Shown here piece after piece: positions 14,301-25,479 of a stretch of DNA of 64,000 bases. The stretch is from Styela clava (taxonomy: Eukaryota): positions 18,600,001 through 18,664,000 of the forward strand of contig NC_135253.1 of NCBI RefSeq assembly GCF_964204865.1. The letters are read 5' to 3'. The position numbers and the translations under genes were made by a program. The notes below the pieces were generated by a model. The model was given only the letters and a program-made list of their open reading frames with translations. It was not told where the DNA came from and searched no databases. The stretch's first letter is position 1; each line of letters begins with the position of its first letter.

Positions 14301-15786
14301 ATTTACACACATATGTATAGAAAATTTTTAACCGTCATCATTTAGGGTCTAAAGCAGTGGTTCCCAAACTTTTTGAGCCGCGCCTCATTTTTAGAATTTG
14401 TCAAGTCTCGCGACCAACCTCAAAAATAACTAGCTAGCAATAAGCTACAAATAACAGATAGTAAGGCGAAATTTTGTTTTATCCAACAAATACCTGTATA
14501 AAGGGACCTCCAGAAATATGCGCACCAAGATGGCGCACAACCTGAACATAGTATGTGTGTACCGGTTGGGGTTCAGGTTGTGCGACATCTTGGTGTGCAT
14601 ACTTCTGGAGCACCGTAATAAAGAATTGTTAATGAGGGACGCGTTCCGCCGTTTGAGTACCACTGGTCTGAAGATTAGACAATCGGAATGTTGTAGTTTG
14701 AAATTCACAACTATTTCTATTTCCAGTATTATGTCAAACGTCGAAAAATAATAGAATGAACTGATTTTCTATAACAGAGTTTTCTTTTTTAAGAATTTCG
14801 TGCTTATTCAGTCCGTCATTGATAAACTGTTGCTTGTATTAAGACGGGGTGTTCGCCGCGTATAAATTTTTTATTATCGCAGACTTCTAAATGTAAACAC
14901 GTGTTTATTACTATTTATTTTTACAATTTACTTTTTTCATACCAACCTTAGTAAATTGAAGTTGACACCATTTTATGCAGTTTGGCACCTCAGTTGCGAT
15001 TTCTTCCATAGTTTTGTTACTCCATAAACTTACTGCCATTCCTACGCCAATTGATTCGGCGGCTGAATAAAAATCATTTTATATTGTGTTTTATTGTGTG
15101 TTATTAACTCAATCTAATGTTCGAGATATATAATATTGAAAGAAATATATGCTGCAGTCTATTTACCTCTTGCAGTACAAAATTCACCTTCTGGCGCACA
15201 CAGACGATGAAATGCCGTTGGTGCAATACATATTGGAAAAGGTATTTTCGAACCAATTACTTCTGTCGCACAATTCACTCTGCTAACGTTCTTTAAATTC
15301 CTGGGTCGAAATCGCCATCTGTGTATAATATTGCATTTGAAATATTTTTCCCATTATTTTTTGATTCATTTATCCAACAACCATAACCCAGCAGTATTGA
15401 AGCAATACTTTTAAATAATGTTTGAGAAATATTATTTTCATGAATTCTTGAAGTTTGCTCTAAATTTGAATTCAAAAGATATAACTTGTGCAAAATTCGA
15501 GATAGCGCACCAAGTTAGTAGCCGTGTCAAGTGTTATAAGAGCAAAACAACGATATCAACCCAGCACATCAAGTATTCAAGTAAAAACAGAAGTAATAGG
15601 CCAAAAAAAAACGTCAAAATGTTATTCGCCATATTAAATCGTTAATTTCCCTTTTAAATGCTTCACAATTTTCTTTTATAGTTTCTCCTCCTACAGCTCC
15701 TGCAGCAAAGTAGCCCCAACCATGTTGCGATAACTTTTTTCGAGCCTCTCCCTCATAATCGCTACTGATAGCAATAAATTATCCAT
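11341..15786 (-). pseudogene. HAO1: Hydroxyacid oxidase-like copy 3, frameshifted
   Basis: All 9 exons present, but 1-nt deletion in exon 1 at about 15763 (gctactg versus gcttactg). An in-frame TAA upstream blocks rescue by another start. Same lesion in copy 5. Confidence 0.85.
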
Positions 15787-17934
15787 GGACAGAAGGTTTA
15801 AACTCTTCGCCAGTAAACTAAAATTGTAAGCATGTAGGAAAAGCACACACATATATAAGGGATTTATTTGCAATTCAACTCATGAGTCGACAGAATCAAA
15901 GATTCCCGGAAACAATACAATTGATTGCTTGAATTGATTAAACCTTCTCGGTAGGATTCAAAATAGGTAACAAAAAATATCAATTGCGCGAAATCTGGAT
16001 CGTCACATACAAAATCTTTCTAATCTAAAATATACATCTTACTTCTGTCTACATTTAGAATTCAACACAACCCCTGCAATGGTTATTTGAATCAGTCGAC
16101 AACTGAAATCGCTATCGCAATCGCGCAACTCATTTCGAGTCCAAATTGCAACAAAAGTCAAGTGCGATTTTTTTTATCACTGCCATTACCATATCTACTG
16201 GTGAGTTTGCGACACGTTCTAAACAAACACCGTTGTCGCCACATTGTATGTATACACTGATTCATTCAGGAAAACCATGCTTGAAGTATAAATCCAGGGA
16301 ACTAACCACACTCGTTTTAACGAATGTCACACATGGCAGTGAGAAAATTCTCCAAACTAGCTGAGCTAGTTTAAGTACCAAGTTTATTGCATTGCCGTTA
16401 AAGCCTCCAATGACGTTTGAATCATGAAAGGTTCCTGTGGTTACATCTCTTGGTGATGCTCGGAGTCTTTCAAATAAATGAGCGTTTCTGTATATGCCAG
16501 ACCGTCTCTGCGCACTTAAACATACTTATATATATCTGAATAAATTTTTATTCGACTCTCTGTGACACTTTCTATTCAATCTTTTTTTCGTGTACTGTTT
16601 TTTTCACGCGTCCTTCACCCCGAAAGACTATTTTGTCTCCTATTTTACACTGTATGCATACGGTACTTTCAGTATTGATGGAAAAGAGAATTGCTGATTG
16701 ACTGACGTACGTTATGTGCCGTAGATGTAGTTTTGTTAATTAGATTTCAGTTTAACTTTTATGTTTTTCAGACTTTCTTGTCGTTTAGTTTGAAGTCCTT
16801 TTTGTTTTTGTACAGTTTGGGCAGTTTATAATGTGTCCATATATAAACATATAAATATAAACTAAAAAATATTTATTAGTACAACAACAAAAACAAAATT
16901 CTTCTTTAAGTACGACTAAATTCTTCTTGTTTGGGAAAAGTGGGTTAAGTTAATTGCAAGCGTTAACTAGCTAATATTGATTAACCAATTAACCGGCTGA
17001 ACTGTCTTAATTTTAAAGACGCCACAAAAACGATATGGTTTATTTAGTGTCTTGCAGCACCGTCCGCTGAAGACAAACATCGCGAAGAAAATTTTCCCAC
17101 TACCTTGTGGTTCCATTACATTTGAACCCACGTACATTTGAACCCATGACAATTGCACCTGCATACTATTGCACCTATGGAATTTTTTTTGTTTTACGGA
17201 TATTTGAACCCATACTAACCCTAACCCATGGGTTTTAGCACCCGTATATAGATTCAACCCGCGGATATACGCATGGGTTCAAATGTACGGTCACCCTACG
17301 TTGTACCACTAACTCATTGTATATATATAAGACCAACTGCTGTTTCTGTATTAAACGTATATTCCCGTATAGCCATCTACCTATCCTTAAAGACGTTTCT
17401 AAACACTCTACGTGGATAGACCGCGTAAAACTATCTATAGAAAATTGCCCTATAATAGCGCAAAGCCATAGTTCACGCTGCCCCAGGCAACAGTTATAAT
17501 AAATTCAACCATTTCGACAAATCTAATGTATGTCATTTTTATATGATTATCTTTTTTTTTATCACGAATTGGCGGCCGCGATATATTTCTGTAGTATTGA
17601 ATTAGAATGTCAAAAACTCCCACATTGATTTATAACGCATCATATCCTTTCTTTGTTCTGTGAGGGATTCACGTCTTGCAGTGCAAGCAGAAAACGAACG
17701 CTTCGGGACTTACCCTCGCTATACTAGATTTGTTACTATGATGTCATAATTTGGCCTTGTACTAACTTATCAATTATCGACATTTTTCTTTGTCGAATAA
17801 TAAACTGTAACTTTGCAATGTACTGGCGATGTAATTAAAGACTTCACAAAAAATATTAATATCAGCATTTGCGCAAATCATATCGACCAATTTATCAATT
17901 TCTGCATATTTATTATGTCCTGGAGAAATTTAAT

Positions 17935-20900
17935 TCAAAGTTTCGAGAAATATCTTGTTTCGTGAACAACTATGTCTGGTGTCGTTTGCAATTCTTCTAT
18001 TGTAGAAACTCCTGGAAAAAAAATAATATAAATGAAGCATGTTACTCGTTAGTTGCAAAATGTAGCTTACTTTGTTTCACTTTTCGGCTGGTCTGTTAGA
18101 ATTTATGGTGAGGTGTACATGATCGTGATTTTCACTCGCTATCTGGTAATTGAAATTTAGTGTGAATTTGATCTGTTTTAGTTACGGTATCACTTATTGC
18201 AAGTTGGTAATTTTGGCTGTTATTTGAAGTTTAGCATTGGAATCACTTTGGTTTTCTCAATAAAATTGTGAAAACCACCAACTAATATCATGTTTATGCA
18301 TTAGGTTAAATGCCTCCAAAGCTCTTCAACGAAGTAAAACTGGAGTTGAAAAAGAAATCTTTGTCAATAGTGTTTAATTTAAGTAACAAGTTTTATTAAA
18401 AACGTTCAAACATGTAGTACATACCGGAATAGCACCAATGTTGCATTATGTTATATTAGGTATAAAGACTACCAACTCACCAAGAAATTGCATGGTGAAG
18501 ATAAATTCGTTTTTGAGAATTTCTAGAACATTCCTCACACCTTCTTCCCCCTGAAAGGTATTGTTTCGTTTTACTATTGTCATATCAACAAAATATTCCA
18601 CATGTCTATTAGAATACTTTGCACTAATTTCAGGAAAAATTCAATTTTTGCAAATGTAATTTTACTCTAGTTTCCGAAAGGGATGATCCTAAAATAAAAT
18701 CGGCCACATGTTTCACCATCGACCATCATATATAATAATAGCAAATTGGATAACTCTCGGTATGTTGGCTCTCTTGAAAATATATGTTAAATACAGAAAT
18801 GATCTTGTTACAAACTCTGCATGCCAGTCCCCAGATTATGGGTCTTCCAACGAAAACCGCTTTTGCTCTGAGAGCGATTGCTTTTGCTACGTCTGTTCCT
18901 TTACGGATTCCTCCGTCAAAATAAACATCAACTCTGCCATTCACGGCCTTCACTACTTCTGGAAGAACGTCTATCTAAAATTAATGTCCAGTTTTAAACA
19001 TGAAACTTCATGAGTTTACATAGGAGATGCAAATCATGGATATGGACATAAACTTACATGGACGTGATAACATAACAATCATTGGTATAAAATGATCTTC
19101 AGCTTTGTTAAAAAATGTATTCAGCGGCAGAAAATTCACAAATGGGAATTATAATCTTGCTTCGATTGGACTTTACAATACAGATTTAGATTTAAACTCT
19201 CATCGCGAATGAAAAGACGTCAAAAAGAAAAATGATATGAACAACATGCGTTTCCTATTTTCTCTTTCATTACTTATCGATCTCGATCGGTAAATATGTT
19301 GATAAGTATTTGTCTGTCTGTTCGTTTGTCTGTTAGACTATTTCGTATGCTACATGATATCTCACGAAAGCGAGGTTGAATCTGCTCCAAATTTTGCATG
19401 ATCATTCATCATAGCTCGAATCGGAAGCCTATTGATTTTTCATGAAATATGTCGTATAAGCGAGTTATTAATTAATTATGGGACACGCGATGTCGCTATT
19501 GGGTCAGAGCGATAGAATCGAAACCGCAGTTTCTGTTCTGGAGGATCCCCTAAATTTCGTCGCTGCGAACGATTGTGTGCGATCGATAAGTCGGCGGTCT
19601 CCGATCGCTATTCTCGTTATTTCAGTTGATTAAAAGCAATCAATCACAATAGCTAAAAGTTATAAGACAAAAAAAACAAAAACTTGAAAGATTAAAGATT
19701 AAAACAGAGTTTGTAGTTGTCAAAACATTGTGGTAAATCTTAATACATGAAGCTGTCGAAGCCAGAACAGAACAATATCTGATATTTCTCACCCTCTATA
19801 GCAGTGGTCTTAAACTGGGTTCGATCGAACCCCTGGGGTTCGGTGGAGCTGTTCCAGGGGTGCGACGAAGGTGCTCTGAAACAGTTGCATATTATGAGAC
19901 TTTTTTATCACCCTGCATACTTATTATGCAAAAATAACTATAGTTCATGATGACTAATTACTAATGACTTGAACAATTGAATGAAACAATTAATTGGTGT
20001 TACCCTTATTCATATTCTACCGTACTAATAAAATTTAACTCAATTTTACGGATAAATCGAAGATAGGCAGTACATGAATGAATGCAAAATCAGAGCGTGT
20101 TTGAATTTCACTAGGTGATAAATTTGCGACAAGGAATAGTTTATCGCAGAGCTTTATCCGAAATTATTATGATCCATTCAGGACAACCTCGATATGGCGC
20201 CGAATTAATCCTATCTCTATTTTTGTAAAATAAAACAATTGGCAAACGATTTTATTCGCATTTCAGCGCAGTTTAAAATTTGAGAACAAATTGCTTGAAC
20301 TACCAACGTTTATGGAGTATATTATCATCTTTCGGATTTTCAAAGTTATTTTTTATCAGTTTTCGCCGGTTCACCAGCAAAACTTATACAACAAAAACCA
20401 TCTGCTCTTTCTGCCGCCAACGCCATTGTGACAAAACAATGGTTATTGATATCTAAGGTTTCATCACAATGTTCATATTCTATAACCTTGCAAGAATTAG
20501 CTTCCGCTTTATAACGTTACAGTTTGGCTTCTAATTTCAACCGTTCAGTACGATAGGGTTCGGCGGGAGCTTGCAGAATAGCGCAGGGGTTCGGCAGGCT
20601 CACAAAGATTAAGAACCACTGCTCTATAGTCTATAGAGTCTATATTCATGTATACTCACTGTCGCGAATGTACTATCCAATATTCGTCCACCATGGTTTG
20701 AGACAATGATTCCGTCAACCTTATGTTCAACTGCCTTAATTGCCATTTCCGCTTTTAATATAAAAATAATGAAAAGTTCTTTAAAAAATGTTGGTATTCA
20801 ATGTTTTATCCATTTATATTTTTCTTATTTGCAATACAAAGCCTAGAACGTATAATAACTTAGAATAGTTTAAAATCATAACCGTAGCCTACCTGTTAGA

Positions 20901-23328
20901 ATTCCTTTAACCACTACAGGTAAGTCCGTAATTTCTTTCAACCAATCGATACTGTCCCATTCAACACTTCCATTCATCCAGGATTGAAACGCAGCAAATG
21001 CCGACTGGTCAGGTTCCACAATCTTGGTCGATTGTTCAATATTTCTGCTTCTAAAGTAGCCAGAACATAATTCCACTTAAACGAGTTTAAATGCTCAGTA
21101 TCTAATTGATGGCATTGTGATTCTGGGTCATTATCAGCGTGTGTGCAGTTTACAAATTTGTGTCGGCATGTTTCGAGAGCCTGACTTTTTGTGCTCGATT
21201 TTGTGCACTTTTTGTAAACTCAAATATTTTAATTTTAGGATAGTTTCTACGTTGTGAAACCTCGCTTGTGAACCAACGTTTCCCACTCCTTAAGAAATTC
21301 CTTTCAGTGAGGAATGTTAACCGTTTTTGGAGAATAATTTTGGTATGTACTATCACTATGATATGTATTCACGAACACATAATAAACTGCACAAAACGGG
21401 CGTACGACTTGCGCATAACATTAGCAAAGGAATCAATAAAAATGAAATAAAAGTAGTTTGATGTACAGGGATGTAGAAATAAAAAATTCCAAAATAGACG
21501 AAGAAAGAAATTTGACAAAAAGGTTGGGAAATACGGGAAACGTTCAACGTGAAATAAGTTTTGAAGAGCCAAGAGTAAAATCCATTGATCCTGTCCGATT
21601 TAAGTGAAAATAAATGCAGAAATAAATCTTACCTAATGGATGTATCAAAGTTAAATGGTCTTCCGTCTTCGTATCTGTGATCACGATTTCTAAAAACCGG
21701 TTCATCGATAGTTACAATAAATCCTTTGAATCCGTTTTGTTCAGCTCTTCTCACAAAATGCTCTGTTACGATACGATTCTATGAAATATTTGAATATCAA
21801 TAAACCAAATATTTGCAAATCTAGAATAGATAGAGACTTTAAATACATACATATGTATAGAAAATTTTTAACCGTCATCATTTAGGGTCTAAAGCAGTGG
21901 TTCTCATACTTTTTGAGCCGCGAGAATTTTTTAGATTTTGTCAAGTCTCGCGACCAACCTCAAAAATAACTAGCTAGCAATAAGCTACAAATAGCAGATA
22001 GTAAGGCGAAATTATGTTTTATCCAACAAATACGTGTATAAAGGGACCTCCAGAAATATGCGCACCAAGATGGCGCACAACCTGAACATAGTATGTGTGT
22101 ACCGGCTAGGGTTCCGGTTGTGCGACATATTGGTGTGCATACTTCTGGAGCACCGTAATAAAGAATTGGTAATGAGGGACGCGTTCCGCCGTTTGAGTAC
22201 CACTGGTCTGAAGATTAGACAATCGGAATGTTGTAGTTTGATATTCACAACTATTTCTATTTCCAGTATTATGTCAAACGTCGAAAAATAATAGAATGAA
22301 CTGATTTTCTATAACAGAGTTTTCTTTTTTAAGAATTTCGTGCTTATTCAGTCCGTCATTGATAAACTGTTGCTTGTATTAAGACGGGGTGTTCGCCGCG
22401 TATAAATTTTTTATTATCGCAGTATTCTAAATGTAAACACGTGTTTATTACTATTTATTTTTACAATTTACTTTTTTCATACCAACCTTAGTTAATTGAA
22501 GTTGACACCATTTTATGCAGTTTGGCACCTCAGTTGCGATCTCTTCCATAGTTTTGTTACTCCATAAACTTACTGCCATTCCTACGCCAATTGATTCGGC
22601 GGCTGAATAAAAATCATTTCATATTGTGTTTTATTGTGTGTTATTAACTCAATCTAATGTTCGAGATATATAATATTGAAAAAAATATATGCCGCAGTCT
22701 ATTTACCTCTTGCAGTACAAAATTCACCTTCTGGCGCACACAGACGATGAAATGCCGTTGGTGCAATACATATTGGAAAAGGTACTTTCGAACCAATTAC
22801 TTCTGTCGCACAATTCACTCTGCTAACGTTCTTTAAATTCCTGGGTCGAAATCGCCATCTGTGTATAATATTGCATTTGAAATATTTTTCTCATTATTTT
22901 TTGATTCATTTATCCAACAACCATAACCCAGCAGTATTGAAGCAATACTTTTAAATAATGTTTGAGAAATATTATTTTCATGAATTCTCGAAGTTTGCTC
23001 TAAATTTGAATTCATAAGATATAACTTATGCAAAATTCGAGATAGCGCACCAAGTTAGTAGCCGTGTCAAGTGTTATAAGAGCAAAACAACAATATCCAC
23101 CCAGCACATCAAGTATTCAAGTAAAAACAGAAGTAATAGGCCAAAAAAAAAACGTCAAAATGTTATTCGCCATATTAAATCGTTAATTTCCCTTTTAAAT
23201 GCTTCACAATTTTCTTTTATAGTTTCTCCTCCTACAGCTCCTGCAGCAAAGTAGCCCCAATCATGTTGCGATAACTTTTTTCGAGCCTCTCCCTCATAAT
23301 CGCTTACTGATAGCAATAAATTATCCAT
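17935..23328 (-). CDS. HAO1: Hydroxyacid oxidase-like copy 4, full-length about 368 aa peroxisomal FMN-dependent alpha-hydroxy acid oxidase
   Basis: Exons 23192-23328, 22707-22858, 22487-22602, 21633-21778, 20893-21050, 20660-20751, 18816-18974, 18481-18550, 17935-18011 (137/152/116/146/158/92/159/70/77 nt) give one ORF ending RYFSKL*. Motifs [27 protein letters not shown] present. Needs the GG donor at intron 1. Carries ALGA>ALRA (18867-18869). Confidence 0.88.
19270..19618 (+). mobile_element. DINE-1/HINE-like non-autonomous Helentron derivative in intron 6
   Basis: 5' subTIR ACTTATCGATC with palindrome, (GTCT)n tract, 3' subTIR GATCGATAAGT followed by hairpin TCGGCGGTCTCCGA; T-rich site, no TSD. 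Equivalents at 1-112, 6378-6619, 12668-12948, 26808-27088, 33412-33760, 46020-47810 (approximate). Empty site in copy 8 (about 61420-61460). Confidence 0.75.
19802..20621. mobile_element. 820-bp non-autonomous hAT element unique to copy 4 intron 6
   Basis: Termini CAGTGGTCTTAAACT / AGATTAAGAACCACTG, subterminal GGGTTCG repeats, TSD CTCTATAG (19794-19801, 20622-20629). Empty site in other units. Confidence 0.92.
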
Positions 23329-25479
23329 GGACAGAAGGTTTAAACTCTTCGCCAGTAAACTAAAATTGTAAGCATGTAGGAAAAGCACACACATATATAA
23401 GGGATTTATTTGCAATTCAACTCATGAGTCGACAGAATCAAAGATTCCCGGAAACAATACAATTGATTGCTTGAATTGATTAAACCTTCTCGGTAGGATT
23501 CAAAATAGGTAACAAAAAATATCAATTGCGCGAAGTCTGGATCGTCACATACAAAATCTTTCTAATCTAAAATATACATCTTACTTCTGTCTACATTTAG
23601 AATTCAACACAACCCCTGCAATGGTTATTTGAATCAGTCGACAACTGAAATCGCTATCGCAATCGCGCAACTCATTTCGAGTCCAAATTGCAACAAAAGT
23701 CAAGTGCGATTTTTTTTATCACTGCCATTACCATATCTACTGGTGAGTTTGCGACACGTTCTAAACAAACACCGTTGTCGCCACATTGTATGTATACACT
23801 GATTCATTCAGGAAAACCATGCTTGAAGTATAAATCCAGGGAACTAACCACACTCGTTTTAACGAATGTCACACATGGCAGTGAGAAAATTCTCCAAACT
23901 AGCTGAGCTAGTTTAAGTACCAAGTTTATTGCATTGCCGTTAAAGCCTCCAATGACGTTTGAATCATGAAAGGTTCCTGTGGTTACATCTCTTGGTGATG
24001 CTCGGAGTCTTTCAAATAAATGAGCGTTTCTGTATATGCCAGACCGTCTCTGCGCACTTAAACATACTTATATATATCTGAATAAATTTTTATTCGACTC
24101 TCTGTGACACTTTCTATTCAATCTTTTTTTCGTGTACTGTTTTTTTCACGCGTCCTTCACCCCGAAAGACTATTTTGTCTCCTATTTTACACTGTATGAA
24201 TACGTTAAGTACTTTCAGTATTGATGGAAAAGAGAATTGCTGATTGACTGACGTACGTTATGTGCCGTAGATGTAGTTTTGTTAATTAGATTTCAGTTTA
24301 ACTTTTATGTTTTTCAGACTTTCTTGTCGTTTAGTTTGAAGTCCTTTTTGTTTTTGTACAGTTTGGGCAGTTTATAATGTGTCCATATATAAACATATAA
24401 ATATAAACTAAAAAATATTATTAGTACAACAACCAAAACAAAATTCTTCTTTAAGTACGACTAAATTCTTCTTGTTTGGGAAAAGTGGGTTAAGTTAATT
24501 GCAAGCGTTAACTAGCTAATATTGATTAACCAATTAACCGGCTGAACTGTCTTAATTTTAAAGACGCCACAAAAACGATATGGTTTATTTAGTGTCTTGC
24601 AGCACCGTCCGCTGAAGACAAACATCGCGAAGAAAATTTTCCCACTACCTTGTGGTTCCATTACATTTGAACCCACGTACATTTGAACCCATGACAATTG
24701 CACCTGCATACTATTGCACCTATGGAATTATTTTTGTTTTACGGATATTTGAACCCATACTAACCCTAACCCATGGGTTTTAGCACCCGTATATAGATTC
24801 AACCCGCGGATATACGCATGGGTTCAAATGTACGGTCACCCTACGTTGTACCACTAACTCATTGTATATATATAAGACCAACTGCTGTTTCTGTATTAAA
24901 CGTATATTCCCGTATAGCCATCTACCTAACCTTAAAGACGTTTCTAAACACTCTACGTGGATAGACCGCGTAAAACTATCTATAGAAAATTGCCCTATAA
25001 TAGCGCAAAGCCATAGTTCACGCTGCCCCATGCAACAGTTATAATAAATTCAACCATTTCGACAAATCTAATGTATGTCATTTTTATATAATTATCTTTT
25101 TTTTTATCACGAATTGGCGGCCGCGATATATTTCTGTAGTATTGAATTAGAATGTCAAAAACTCCCACATTGATTTATTACGCATCATATCCTTTCTTTG
25201 TTCTGTGTGGGATTCACGTCTTGCAGTGCAAGCAGAAAACGAACGCTTCGGGACTTACCCTCGCTATACTAGATTTGTTACTATGATGTCATAATTTGGC
25301 CTTGTACTAACTTATCAATTATCGACATTTTTCTTTGTCGAATAATAAACTGTAACTTTGCAATGTACTGGCGATGTAATTAAAGACTTCACAAAAAATA
25401 TTAATATCAGCATTTGCGCAAATCATATCGACCAATTTATCAATTTCTGCATATTTATTATGTCCTCGAGAAATTTAAT

